From positions 1 to 38,083 of the IMG/VR virus record IMGVR_UViG_3300011339_000979: a stretch of 38,083 nt of DNA. One strand, given 5' to 3'. Numbering within the stretch: position 1 is the first letter of the stretch; every line of letters starts with the position of its first letter. The translations under genes and the position numbers were made by a program. Of the stretch, positions 13,949 to 24,341 are shown in pieces. Below the pieces are notes generated by a model. That model saw only the letters and a program-made list of their open reading frames with translations. It did not search any database and was not told the origin of the DNA. This stretch comes from a virus (lineage: Duplodnaviria > Caudoviricetes).

Positions 13949-14783
13949 AAAACAATTAATTGATGACCTTAAAAACGGTTTTGTGTCGCTCTCGTACACA
14001 AGCCTTAAAGAGTTTAGTATCTCTCCTGCTGCCTTTATACGCTACAAACTAAAAGAGCGCAAAGAAACGCCCGCGATGGCGATGGGTACGGCTGTTCACA
14101 CGCTTGTATTTGAGCGTGACCAGTTTTTACAGCGCTATTTGATAGCACCGGAGGCGAACGCAGCTACCAAGCAAGGTAAAGAGGATTTACGGCAATTTTA
14201 CAAGCGCGCTACCGGTGAGGACATTGAATCGTTTACCGTTGCAAGTCTTTTTGAATCTATTAAGCAGCAAACAGGCTTTAAGATACTTTCCTATTCAGAT
14301 TTTGAAGAGGCTCAACGTCGTGCCGATGCAGTATTGGCAAATAAGGCCGCAAGATACGTCTTGGATCGCGTCGGAGATGTAGAGCAAGGTGTTAGCCTTG
14401 CAATAGATGATGTTCCTTTTACTGGCTTTGTAGATGGCTTAGGCGATGGTCTTATTGTTGATCTTAAGAACATGACAGACGCAACGACACAAAAAGCAGC
14501 GAGGACTATTTATCAAATGCGCTACGATTGGCAAGCGTTTATCTATTCTCAAGCGGTAAAGGCAAAAGAGTGCTTTATAATTGCCGTTGATGGTGATTTA
14601 GAAGTATCAACGCATTGCCTAAGCAAGAATGATCTGGACAATGCCGAGAAACAGGTAAGGTATTATATCTCTCAATTTAAACGGGCTTGTTTTGAGTCGG
14701 AGTTCAATGAGGCTGTTTGGGATATGTCGCAGGAGTTCTACCTAATTAACAACAACAACGAAAACGGAATAAACTACCTCTAA
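13941..14783 (+). CDS. RecE/ExoVIII-like PD-(D/E)xK exonuclease
   Basis: S..SLK....SPA, AM..GTAVH, G.VD, IVDLK, Y..Q...Y; adjacent to Bet. Confidence 0.8.
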   Translation: MDKKQLIDDLKNGFVSLSYTSLKEFSISPAAFIRYKLKERKETPAMAMGTAVHTLVFERDQFLQRYLIAPEANAATKQGKEDLRQFYKRATGEDIESFTVASLFESIKQQTGFKILSYSDFEEAQRRADAVLANKAARYVLDRVGDVEQGVSLAIDDVPFTGFVDGLGDGLIVDLKNMTDATTQKAARTIYQMRYDWQAFIYSQAVKAKECFIIAVDGDLEVSTHCLSKNDLDNAEKQVRYYISQFKRACFESEFNEAVWDMSQEFYLINNNNENGINYL

Positions 14784-14784
14784 T

Positions 14785-15219
14785 ATGGAAGCACCACTGG
14801 AAAAAATAGGTCAAATTATAGCTTGGTATCAAAGTAAACGCGATTTAGCACCGGCCGACATTGAAACGTTGATAAATGCTGCCAGGCGATTGAGTTGTGA
14901 GATATACTTCTTTGCGAATGAGGTAGGTGACCTGCATAGTGATATGTTAAGTTCGGAGTACAGGCGCAAATCAGAAACGGCAAAGTTTATTCAAGGCGCA
15001 AAACAAACAGACGAAAAATTAAGCATTGCGCAAATTGAAAAAGATGCGCAAATAGCACTCGACGAACTACACAAGGAAGAGATGCAAGCGGCATCCATGT
15101 ACCGTTCCGCAATGCTAATCTATCAAAGTGCGCAAAGTGTACACGAACAACTAAGGCAACATATTTCATATCTAAAGGAAGAGAAAAGACAAGAGCAAAC
15201 CAATGGACAAAACGCTTAA
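14785..15219 (+). CDS. hypothetical helical protein
   Basis: 144-aa ORF in operon. Confidence 0.7.
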   Translation: MEAPLEKIGQIIAWYQSKRDLAPADIETLINAARRLSCEIYFFANEVGDLHSDMLSSEYRRKSETAKFIQGAKQTDEKLSIAQIEKDAQIALDELHKEEMQAASMYRSAMLIYQSAQSVHEQLRQHISYLKEEKRQEQTNGQNA

Positions 15220-15463
15220 AATTAAACGGCAAGAGGCGGTTATGAAGCTCAAAAAAAGACTTTACACCGAACTCTTGGAGCTTGAATTGAAAGGCCTTGA
15301 AAAAGGCATAACTCGCAAAGATTTAAAACCTCACGTCAAAACAAAAAGCCAGTTAGGGATGGTATTTACTCCCAATGGCTACCACCGGCACTCTGTCAAG
15401 ACATTAAAAAACTTTATTAACTTATACAAACAACTTATCAATGACACACCTGGAGTATCTTAA
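15203..15463 (+). CDS. hypothetical basic protein
   Basis: 86-aa ORF overlapping neighbours. Confidence 0.6.
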   Translation: MDKTLKIKRQEAVMKLKKRLYTELLELELKGLEKGITRKDLKPHVKTKSQLGMVFTPNGYHRHSVKTLKNFINLYKQLINDTPGVS

Positions 15464-16058
15464 TTTTAGTAAAGTGAACCAGCGCGCTGTTGCGTATCGT
15501 TTGCGCTCAATCGGTATTAATAACTATTGCGCAAATGACGAACTAACAGCCTCGCAAATTGCGCAATTAGAGAGCCGTTTTGGAGCCGCAAAAATGACGC
15601 AACCAAAACAAAGGCGCGTTCTAAACAGATCAGCAAAAACACACTCTCTAACAGTTGCGACCGTTGCGCAAATCGAAGACAAGAAAACGGAATCCGGGCT
15701 TTTGTTTTACGCGCCATTTGCGGTCACGCTTTTGTCGATTGCGCTAACCATTTCCGGCCTGTTTATGTTTGCCGGATGGTTTGGCTTTACACTTGGATGT
15801 ATGTTTGGGCTATTTCTATTTGGTGCCTCCATTGTTGCCCGCAATAAGCAAAAAGGAGATACAAGCGCAAGCGCATTAAACACTGTTCTTTACCTTGAAT
15901 TAGGCGCTTGTCTGCTTCACGTGTTTACTTTTTATGCTGCCTTAGAATCTGCAAACAATGACCTTTTGCGATGGTCAGCCGCTTTTGTTTGCGCGTCGTT
16001 TGTCGCAATAATCTCATACAATTCTATTAATCTAATTCGTAACTATAACGCAGAATAA
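15441..16058 (+). CDS. membrane protein (~4 TM) with soluble N-terminus
   Basis: Four hydrophobic segments in the C-terminal 120 aa. Confidence 0.7.
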   Translation: MTHLEYLNFSKVNQRAVAYRLRSIGINNYCANDELTASQIAQLESRFGAAKMTQPKQRRVLNRSAKTHSLTVATVAQIEDKKTESGLLFYAPFAVTLLSIALTISGLFMFAGWFGFTLGCMFGLFLFGASIVARNKQKGDTSASALNTVLYLELGACLLHVFTFYAALESANNDLLRWSAAFVCASFVAIISYNSINLIRNYNAE

Positions 16059-16059
16059 C

Positions 16060-16854
16060 ATGAACAACTTACCCTTAAACAAGTCCGGTCTTGTCCGCAT
16101 CAAAGACGCAATCATCACCGAGGTACACAAAGGCCCAAATTACTTATTGATACGCCTTATCATTTTAACAGTGATTTTCATTCTTATTATCATTTGGCTA
16201 CCAAACAGCTCTATTGAAATTAGTATTAAACTCAATGATAGTTCGGTGCGAGCTGAGCAAATTGAAGCTCAAGCGATTGAAGCTGAACAAATGAGTCTGC
16301 TTCCTTTGAGCGTAGATGCCTCTGTAGATGCTCATTCAGTGTTTGAGCAATCAAATACTAAGGCCTCAACAAAAAAGCGCTCTAAAACGAAATTAGGCCC
16401 TGATTGGATGAAGCTATCTAAAAGCGCACTTGATGAAAAGCAGCTTTTTGTTTTGCAGTATTACAAGGTGGCACTTCAAGAGCAAGAAAAGTTCGGCATA
16501 CCTGCAAGCATCAAGTTAGCTCAGGCGCTTGTTGAAACGAATGCAGGCAATTCTCGACTTTTCAGAAAAGCAAATAACGCATTTGGAATCAAAGGTAAAG
16601 GGCCGGCCGGATTTGTGAGGGCTGATGATGATGCACCGCGCGAAAAGTTTAGAAAGTACGAAAGTGTATGGCAGTCGTTCCGTGATCATTCGCTTTTCTT
16701 GCAAAAGGATAATTATAAGCGATTAAAGCACGCAAAAGGCTATAAACAGTGGGCAAAAGGATTAAAGCGTTGCGGATATGCTACCGCGCCACATTATGCC
16801 AATTTACTAATTCAAACGATTGAAAAATACAAGCTATATGAGTTCGATAAATAA
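16060..16854 (+). CDS. membrane-anchored GH73 glucosaminidase (FlgJ/LytG-like)
   Basis: AQA..E..G.S.L...NN.FGIK, FRKY, GYAT.P.YA; N-terminal TM helix. Confidence 0.85.
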   Translation: MNNLPLNKSGLVRIKDAIITEVHKGPNYLLIRLIILTVIFILIIIWLPNSSIEISIKLNDSSVRAEQIEAQAIEAEQMSLLPLSVDASVDAHSVFEQSNTKASTKKRSKTKLGPDWMKLSKSALDEKQLFVLQYYKVALQEQEKFGIPASIKLAQALVETNAGNSRLFRKANNAFGIKGKGPAGFVRADDDAPREKFRKYESVWQSFRDHSLFLQKDNYKRLKHAKGYKQWAKGLKRCGYATAPHYANLLIQTIEKYKLYEFDK

Positions 16855-17044
16855 AGAGTCTTTTTGGGTGACAATAGATGGAGTTCAATACTGGAATAAT
16901 AAAACAGCGCTCAATTTTGTCACCGGTTACCTTCATCCACATACGAAGTTCAACTACTCGGTAGAGCAAAAGCGTAGATACAAGTCTGCCAGGCGAAAAG
17001 AAATTAATTCACCCTTAAACGAGGTTACTAATGAGCAAATTTAA
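16838..17044 (+). CDS. hypothetical protein
   Basis: ATG 16838, overlaps neighbours. Confidence 0.5.
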   Translation: MSSINKESFWVTIDGVQYWNNKTALNFVTGYLHPHTKFNYSVEQKRRYKSARRKEINSPLNEVTNEQI

Positions 17045-17255
17045 AAACTGTTATCTCTGTAAACATTGCGAGCGCTTACCTAATAGCGCCTATTCAAAAT
17101 GCAAAAAAATAGAGCCGGTCACGCCTGAAAAATTTAAAAAAGCACCAATAAAACTTGAACAATACGGTGTACTTATGGGATGGTGCGATTGGCCTTACCG
17201 TTATGATCCTGTTTGGGTAAATAATTGCGATTGGTTTGATGAGATAGAACAATGA
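17031..17255 (+). CDS. small Cys-rich protein
   Basis: CxxCxxC...C...WP...DP.W...C. Confidence 0.65.
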   Translation: MSKFKNCYLCKHCERLPNSAYSKCKKIEPVTPEKFKKAPIKLEQYGVLMGWCDWPYRYDPVWVNNCDWFDEIEQ

Positions 17256-17292
17256 GCAAAGGGCCGCTTCTCGTTTGAGGCGGCCCGTTTGC
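17256..17292. terminator. bidirectional terminator between convergent operons
   Basis: GCAAA-GGGCCGCTTC...GAGGCGGCCC-G-TTTGC. Confidence 0.7.
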
Positions 17293-17312
17293 ATTCACGA
17301 AAAAGATCCTAC

Positions 17313-17636
17313 CTAACTAAAGGTAAAAGTAGCCCCTGAGTTAGCCGGTATTGCTTCTAATCGTGTGATTATTGCTTTTTCTACTGCATCGCGAACAGCG
17401 CCTAAAGCGGTTGTGTAAGTTGCTTCTTCTGCTGTTAGTTCTGCGCTTGAAAGTGTAAAAGCGTTGTTTGCTACCTTTGCGCTGTTTGCGTCGTAAAGTG
17501 TAACGGTTGCTGTTAAATTATCTGCTGCATCTAATTCAAATTTGACATCAATAGTCGAAATTTTAAAAAGTCGTGCAGCTGCGTCGATGCCGTTATCCTC
17601 GAATAGGGCAAATGTGGAGGTTGTTGATATTGCCAT
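17313..17636 (-). CDS. hypothetical tail-associated protein (fibre chaperone?)
   Basis: TAATG-coupled to the large tail gene; last late gene. Confidence 0.6.
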   Translation of the reverse strand: MAISTTSTFALFEDNGIDAAARLFKISTIDVKFELDAADNLTATVTLYDANSAKVANNAFTLSSAELTAEEATYTTALGAVRDAVEKAIITRLEAIPANSGATFTFS

Positions 17637-20600
17637 TAGTAAGTTACCATAATATTTAAACGATAAATTGTAGTTGCAGCCAGCGTTCCGGCTACTGCTA
17701 TTGTATAATCTCCCTCATTTTGAGCGCTTACCCACCATTGCAGCGAAGTTGAAGCGGCCGTAAAACTGCGAGGTGTTATAAATACACGACCGACGCGGTT
17801 GGGTAAAATTCCTGTTTGGTTAAATGTAAATTTGAATACGTCGGAATTTGCGGAAGGGCTTGATGTAGTGGTAAATACAATTTCGTAGTTTAATTGATTT
17901 GAGTCGCTATTAAATGATACCGATGTTGCAGCGGTTGTGCCGGCTCCACTATACCAAGTTAGCTGACCGGTGACAGGTGAAACGCTGCAAGTTAGCTGTT
18001 GGACATCATTTGATATTGTTTGATATTCTAAGCCTTGCCAATTAGAATTGTGCCTTAAAACTCTACTTGTTAATACCGCTCCTGATGTTGGTCGTTGCGC
18101 TGTTGTGCCTGATGCCATTAAAATACCATCAGTATTTCCATCCAAATCTAAACACGTAAACGGATCAGTATTATTTATACCAAATTTACCATTTGTATTT
18201 ATTGTGATACCTTGACCAGGCGTAGAAGGGCTTGAAGTATTTAAAATCCTAAACTTATCTAAATCCGAATTATCAATACCAGCTGACCAAGTAGAGCCAC
18301 TTGGAACTTGCCATTGAAGTATTGGATCTCCGGCCGCTGTGCCGCCAACTTGGATGTTAAAAATGGTATTTGAGTTGGCATTTAGGTTTGAGTTGTTTCT
18401 AATTTGAGCGTATAGGTTTGATCCGTTAATTGTCGCGCTAAGATCAAATATTTGTAGTACAGATGATTGAGTTGGCCCCAATAAGTTGTACAAATAACCT
18501 CCATGCGATGTAGCTCCAATAGTAAGTCTATTTAAGGATGCATCAAAAAGAAAACTGTCATCAGTGGTCAAGGATCCCGTTCCATTAGCTACCGGTACAC
18601 GACCTGATACAAGCGTGCCGATGATACCCGCTAGGGTAGTCGGAACCCAGGCTGTTCCGTTCCAGCTCAAATACTGACCATTTGCCGCGCTTGATTGAGA
18701 TAGTTTTGATGTTGGAATAGAAGGTATATCATCAACAACTAAGGCTCTAAACGTCGGTGCGGCCGCTGATCCTGTTGTCGGCCCTGCAAATACTTGATTG
18801 GCTGTTTGAGTAGCTAAGGATCCGGTTAAAGTGCCGGAGCTTGTTACCGGTGAGCCTGAAACCGTAAAAATGGAGGGCAGCGACAAACCTACTGACGTGA
18901 CCGTACCGGATGGAATTGATAAAGTAGCATATTCCAATGCCGTGCCTGCTGAATTAACCCTTAAAACTTGCAAAGCACTGCCCAATGCGGTTAATCCAGT
19001 GCCGCCAAAAGCTACTCCAAAAAATCCGGATCCGATTTTAGAGGCATCTAAAGAAGGTACATCATTAGCCGCAATATTTCTGAATGCTGGAACCGCTGCT
19101 GCACCGCTTATTGGGCCTGCAAAAAATAAATTTGCTGATTGCGTAGTTAAGTTTGCCGTTAATGTACCTGATGATGTTACCGGAGAACCTGATACACTGA
19201 ATATGGCAGGTAAAGACAAACCGACCGATGTGACTGTACCAGAGGTTAATGTCAATGTAACGTACTCAAGACCGGATCCGGCCGAATTTACTTTTAAGTA
19301 CTGGTTTGCAGTTCCTTTATTTAATACTGTCCAGGTAGTTCCATCAAAATACAATAAGTCGCCAACGGCTCCAGTCGGCAAAGAAAAGGATCCGATTTTA
19401 GGCTTTTTGATTAAAAGGCTGTTTTTCGGATATGTACCTGACAAAGTACCCGACACCGCAATGCTTGTTGCGCCTGTAGTTACATTTGCCGTAACTGTCA
19501 GCTCATCAAAAGCACCTGTAATAGGATTGAGAATTGCCAACGTATCACCAGCATACAAATCGCCTGCGACCATTGCCTCGGCCGTTGGGATTGTAGTTAT
19601 TGGGCCAGGCGAAAGTGCGAGCGCATCGGTAGTTGTAAGGCTTAATGGATTAAACAGCGTTCCAGGTGGTTTTGCAACCATCTCATACGACGCGCCTGCG
19701 TTGGTTGTGGCAGGTGGTAGCGTTGGGATTTGAACGCCTATTTGCTTGACCTTAATCGTTTGAGGTGGTGAAGTACTTAATCCTTCATTGTATGACAGCT
19801 CAAACCATTCTCCAACAAATTGATCTTCGTTTGCTATCCAAGTGCCGCGAAGCAGGATCCAATACGTGCCCTTCCAATAAATGCGAGCCATTTTTGACAA
19901 GTTGCCAAACAATGTACCTTGCAATTTGCGGATCGGTTTAGCCTGACCGCTAACAATAAACTCACAAAGTAAATACTCTATAAAAGCGTTTGGCGTATCT
20001 ACACCATCTCCCCACAACGTAGCGAGTTGATAATCTGTTGAAGGCTTTACCCATAAGGCCCCAAGCGTATTTTTGTATTGACTTGTACCAATTAAACTTT
20101 GCGTTTTGCTTACTACTGAGTTATTGGGAAAGAGTGTGTTTTCACAAATGTACCGCCTTTCATCCTCGTCAAGCTGAGGATAAATAAGCAAGTTCATATC
20201 TGCAAATTGGTAAGCAAAATCGAAAAGCGTTGATGTGTAGGTAGTGGTATCGTACTTTTCAAACCTTATAAACTGAATCTCAATCTCAAAATTATCTCCA
20301 TCATCGATTAGGTTTTGGGTTAAAATATCAACCTGCTGAGTAAAGGTAAATGTCGATCCGGTTGTATTGCCTAAGAAAAAGCCGTTTGTTATTGGAACTG
20401 CCAAATAAATATAGGATACCCCGATAAGCCATTCAACATCTGAGTACTCAATTTGATAGGCGCTTGTTAGCGTGTAGGTACGTCGAGCGTAATAACTGCC
20501 TACTTTTAATTTGATTTGGTAAAGCGCTACAAAAGGCTCAAAAGCTGTACCAGGAGCAGTATTCGAAGATATTGCTAAGGTGAAATCAGCCGCAAATCTC

Positions 20601-21622
20601 AAAAACGCGCTGCCTCCTTCGCTGTCAATCGGTTTGTTTACCGTAACGGTCGCAAAGTTCGCATCGGTAAAATCTGCAACCCCATCCAGCCTATTGGCGC
20701 GTTGGAACGACTTAAAAGTGTGCCGGTGCTCTTTTAAAGCGGGTAAAAATTCATAATTAGCAATGGCCTCAAGCGCGCCTCCGCTTGTTTGGTCAATCGT
20801 ATTTAAAGCGGAAAAATTACCTGCTGAAATAAACGTACCTGACTTGGTGTAACCTCTACCTATTATTGTTGCGGCTGTTCGGTAGGTAATTTGTTCAATC
20901 CAATAACTACCAACTCCAAATGTGATACGCGCCCCAAAAACGGTTAAAATGTTCTCAATAACCTCATAGCAGGTTAAATAATCCTGTATTCCTTCATCCT
21001 CCTTGTAAAAAATAGAATGATCTATGTACGTTTGATTAAGCGGGCATTGACTTGAACTTGTATGCGTGTGAGTAGCTTCCCACCAGTCCACATAAACACT
21101 TATAAAGTTATCAGAACTACCCCACAATACATCTACCGTTCGGATCTTGTTTAAGCAGTTAAGAATGTGCTTTAAGGCGCTTTGTTTACCTGTGTAGGGT
21201 AAATTACCATCTTTGTATTTTATCTCTTTTAGAGCCGCAATTCCATCGGTTGCAGATAGCTTTAATTGATATGGATAGTGTGCTTCTTCAAATGATCCAA
21301 TGTCTGGAAGTAATACACCTCTCCAATAGGGTTGTGGGCTTGTTGATCCTGTTGTTATATTAATCAAAAAACGGCCCTCCTCGCTTGACAATAAATCGGT
21401 TATTAGTGCCTCGTGGGTAGCGTTTTGAATGTACATTACAATGTCGCAACTCGTTCCCTGAATCGTCGATATTCGGTCGGTAGCCTCAGCGGTTAAACTA
21501 AATCCTGACCGATCTACAAAAAACTCTGTTACGCCTCCGACATGGTCACGATCCCAGATTTCAATGTTGTACCTATCACCGCTGAAACTGTCAAATTCTG
21601 CTTTAAATCGTATAGCTGCCAT
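17636..21622 (-). CDS. large tail tip / central fibre protein
   Basis: Follows tape measure; globular N-terminal half, Gly/Ser/Thr-rich C-terminal half with duplicated GTVTSVGLSLP.IF.VSGSPVTSSGTLT...FAGP..G.AA.P.FR. Confidence 0.8.
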   Translation of the reverse strand: MAAIRFKAEFDSFSGDRYNIEIWDRDHVGGVTEFFVDRSGFSLTAEATDRISTIQGTSCDIVMYIQNATHEALITDLLSSEEGRFLINITTGSTSPQPYWRGVLLPDIGSFEEAHYPYQLKLSATDGIAALKEIKYKDGNLPYTGKQSALKHILNCLNKIRTVDVLWGSSDNFISVYVDWWEATHTHTSSSQCPLNQTYIDHSIFYKEDEGIQDYLTCYEVIENILTVFGARITFGVGSYWIEQITYRTAATIIGRGYTKSGTFISAGNFSALNTIDQTSGGALEAIANYEFLPALKEHRHTFKSFQRANRLDGVADFTDANFATVTVNKPIDSEGGSAFLRFAADFTLAISSNTAPGTAFEPFVALYQIKLKVGSYYARRTYTLTSAYQIEYSDVEWLIGVSYIYLAVPITNGFFLGNTTGSTFTFTQQVDILTQNLIDDGDNFEIEIQFIRFEKYDTTTYTSTLFDFAYQFADMNLLIYPQLDEDERRYICENTLFPNNSVVSKTQSLIGTSQYKNTLGALWVKPSTDYQLATLWGDGVDTPNAFIEYLLCEFIVSGQAKPIRKLQGTLFGNLSKMARIYWKGTYWILLRGTWIANEDQFVGEWFELSYNEGLSTSPPQTIKVKQIGVQIPTLPPATTNAGASYEMVAKPPGTLFNPLSLTTTDALALSPGPITTIPTAEAMVAGDLYAGDTLAILNPITGAFDELTVTANVTTGATSIAVSGTLSGTYPKNSLLIKKPKIGSFSLPTGAVGDLLYFDGTTWTVLNKGTANQYLKVNSAGSGLEYVTLTLTSGTVTSVGLSLPAIFSVSGSPVTSSGTLTANLTTQSANLFFAGPISGAAAVPAFRNIAANDVPSLDASKIGSGFFGVAFGGTGLTALGSALQVLRVNSAGTALEYATLSIPSGTVTSVGLSLPSIFTVSGSPVTSSGTLTGSLATQTANQVFAGPTTGSAAAPTFRALVVDDIPSIPTSKLSQSSAANGQYLSWNGTAWVPTTLAGIIGTLVSGRVPVANGTGSLTTDDSFLFDASLNRLTIGATSHGGYLYNLLGPTQSSVLQIFDLSATINGSNLYAQIRNNSNLNANSNTIFNIQVGGTAAGDPILQWQVPSGSTWSAGIDNSDLDKFRILNTSSPSTPGQGITINTNGKFGINNTDPFTCLDLDGNTDGILMASGTTAQRPTSGAVLTSRVLRHNSNWQGLEYQTISNDVQQLTCSVSPVTGQLTWYSGAGTTAATSVSFNSDSNQLNYEIVFTTTSSPSANSDVFKFTFNQTGILPNRVGRVFITPRSFTAASTSLQWWVSAQNEGDYTIAVAGTLAATTIYRLNIMVTY

Positions 21623-24336
21623 TATCTGGAGAATCGGTTAGTTATATTTGTTTCGCGCTCATAAACCAATTTAATGTCGCGCCCTGATATTTTACCGGTC
21701 ACATTAATATTTTGCATTCCTGATCCTGTGATGTTATTCATTGCAGCGGCTTGAGCCAAAGTAGCTGAGCTGATAGCGGATGTTTGGAGCCTTGAAATAT
21801 CTGACATTATTACGCCACTAATCATACTTTGCAGCTTAGATAAAGGCGAAATAACCTCGGGATCTGATTTTGCGTTTGGGTTATCGCCAACCATCGCAAG
21901 CGTTTCACCGTAAGCCAAACCGCCCTTTGCCAGCTTGGTTATTTTACTCCGTTTGTTTAGGCTTTGCATTGCACGATCAAATACAGCATTGATACCAGCC
22001 ACCGCAACACCCGCAACCGCTACGCCCAACAATGGATTTTTGCTAAAGATCATAGAGTTTTTAATGCCCTCACCGATTGCAGCTGCAAGGCCAGCGCGTA
22101 ACATTTGCGCTGCTGCTTCAAGTGCCGCAACTCCAACAGATGCGTATGCACCCTCTAAGCCGACCAAAGATCCAGCTATACCACCGAACGCCTCTCCTGC
22201 CATATTTGCCATCGCTGCTGCACCGTTTCCAAGCGCTTTCATTTGTTCGGTGCTTGCTCCCATATTTGCGGCCATAAGAGCGAAGGAAGCGGACAAACCA
22301 TCTATTTTCAGAGTTGTATCAATCGCCTCTACTTTAATCTCCTTCATTCCTGCAACTACACCCGACTCAATCGACATTACCGGCCCAAATGTCGCACGAT
22401 CGGCCCCAGATTGCACCATTGGCGCCTCCGGCAAATCAGGCATTAAATTAGCGCCCAATTTTTGCAGATCCTTGATTTGCTTGCTGTTTGCGGTCGCTCC
22501 CAATTCCACCAACTTCTCAATACCCTTTTCAAGGCCTTTCGCATACTCCTCCATCCCTTCCGCTTGTGTGCGGTTTAGTGCTGCGTTGGTCGTTTGGATC
22601 TTTGAAAGGTCTTGGAGTATTTTTTTGTACTCGCTTGCTACCGTTGCTGTCTTGATAGTGCTTTGTATGGCTTCATTTGCGCCCTCTTTTGCCTTTGTAT
22701 TATTTTGGCTTGTTGTTGTGCCTAAATCTACATTTGCTTGAATAACCGCCCTAACTGCCTGCTCTTCTTGCGTCAAAGAACTTATCATTCTTTGAGCATT
22801 TGCCAACATATCGTTTTGACGTGCAATGGATTGTTGTTCGGCTAATGGATTACCCTGATAACCAAAAGTGCTTTCTGGTATTTTAGGTCGCTTTCTTTGA
22901 AATTCTTGCTGGAGCCTGTTTAATTCTGCTTGTGCCTCAGCCTTTTTTCTGTCAATTTCAATCAGCTTTTCTTCCGCTGCCTTAGCTCTTGCAGCCCTTA
23001 GGATATTGGCAATATAGGCATCATAAGAAGTTGTTAAGCCTTGCACCTGACCGTTTTCAAGGCGCAAGTTTCCAAAATACTCTGGACTTATTTCGTTTAG
23101 GCGCTTTATTGCTGCTAACTTCTCATCCTTTGTTCTATTTTCATCGTTAAGAACACCAATCAGTGTTTGAACTTGTATCTTTTGCTCTCCAATCGTTTCA
23201 TTTGCACGCTTTTCAATTCCATCAAGTGTTCTGGTAGTGTGTAGCGCTTCATTTACTGAATCGTTTAATTTATCAAACGCAACATAAAGCGCGCCTACAA
23301 TAGCGATTGCAGCACCAATGTAGGTAAACTTCATTGCCGTTGATAGCGCGTTAAACTTTGTAACCAAGCCACCAACAAAACCTCCTAAATTGCTAAATGC
23401 GGATGCTATTCCCCTAATACCTGTAATGGCTGCGGCCGCTCCTGAATAAAAGAAACTTAAAACCTTAATAACCGGCCCTGCTGCTGCCGCATAAAGCGCA
23501 AACGAAACAATGGATTTTTTTGTTTCAGCATCTAAATTTTTAAAAATCGTTGCAGCTCTTCCAAGTGTGTCGCCAATTTGTTTTCCGATTGCGTTTAGGT
23601 CGTAAACGTTGTTTATTTCGCTTCCGATGGTTGCTAAAAATTCTTTAATCGCTACACGCGCATTGTCCACCGCGTTTTTGATGCCACCTTGTACGCGTGC
23701 TGTTTTTGTTAGTCCATCTGTTATTTTTGTGATAAACTCATCCGCACTTACACCCGCTTTTCTAAGCCCCTCAGCCGTTACTACTCCAAAGGTATCCATC
23801 ATCACCTTGTTAAGGCCAGGCATATTTTCTTTGATGATGGTCAGATCCTCATTTAGGATATTACCCTTTGCCGACATTTGCGCAAATTGCCGCGTAACAC
23901 TCTCAAGGTTCTCAGCCGTTCCACCGGTCGAGGCAACCGCATTTGCAAGCTCTTGCACCGTTTTTCGCGCCTGTTCAGCACTAAAGCCGACAGACTGCAA
24001 ACGGATGCTACCTTGAATGGCTTGTTCTAAATCAATGCCAGGAGCCAACGCGACCTGCCTCAACTTTTCAAGCTCCATTCGCGCCTGTTCAGTCGAGTAG
24101 CCTGCGTTTTTCATCGTGGTTTCAAGCGCTAACTCAAGCGCCTGCATATCACCAGCAGCCTTAATGCTTGCAGCGCCAATAGCAAGGATTGGAGCCGTTA
24201 TACTCATCATCATCCCATCCGCGATGCCCGAGATTGTTTCAGCCGAACGCCTCATCCGGTTTTCGATTTGCCTCATCGACCGGTCAAACTCTTTGAACCG
24301 GGCCGCAATGGTTATGTTTAAATCTGATACTGCCAT
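21622..24336 (-). CDS. tape measure protein
   Basis: 904 aa, Ala-rich helical; tape-measure domain (Q...KG....EDL); LAKGG....T..MVG....PEV..PL.KL. Confidence 0.92.
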   Translation of the reverse strand: MAVSDLNITIAARFKEFDRSMRQIENRMRRSAETISGIADGMMMSITAPILAIGAASIKAAGDMQALELALETTMKNAGYSTEQARMELEKLRQVALAPGIDLEQAIQGSIRLQSVGFSAEQARKTVQELANAVASTGGTAENLESVTRQFAQMSAKGNILNEDLTIIKENMPGLNKVMMDTFGVVTAEGLRKAGVSADEFITKITDGLTKTARVQGGIKNAVDNARVAIKEFLATIGSEINNVYDLNAIGKQIGDTLGRAATIFKNLDAETKKSIVSFALYAAAAGPVIKVLSFFYSGAAAAITGIRGIASAFSNLGGFVGGLVTKFNALSTAMKFTYIGAAIAIVGALYVAFDKLNDSVNEALHTTRTLDGIEKRANETIGEQKIQVQTLIGVLNDENRTKDEKLAAIKRLNEISPEYFGNLRLENGQVQGLTTSYDAYIANILRAARAKAAEEKLIEIDRKKAEAQAELNRLQQEFQRKRPKIPESTFGYQGNPLAEQQSIARQNDMLANAQRMISSLTQEEQAVRAVIQANVDLGTTTSQNNTKAKEGANEAIQSTIKTATVASEYKKILQDLSKIQTTNAALNRTQAEGMEEYAKGLEKGIEKLVELGATANSKQIKDLQKLGANLMPDLPEAPMVQSGADRATFGPVMSIESGVVAGMKEIKVEAIDTTLKIDGLSASFALMAANMGASTEQMKALGNGAAAMANMAGEAFGGIAGSLVGLEGAYASVGVAALEAAAQMLRAGLAAAIGEGIKNSMIFSKNPLLGVAVAGVAVAGINAVFDRAMQSLNKRSKITKLAKGGLAYGETLAMVGDNPNAKSDPEVISPLSKLQSMISGVIMSDISRLQTSAISSATLAQAAAMNNITGSGMQNINVTGKISGRDIKLVYERETNITNRFSR

Positions 24337-24341
24337 ATTAT

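Noticed and set aside
18831-19733. 300-aa plus-strand ORF
   Set aside because: Antisense shadow of the Gly/Ser/Thr-rich tail gene
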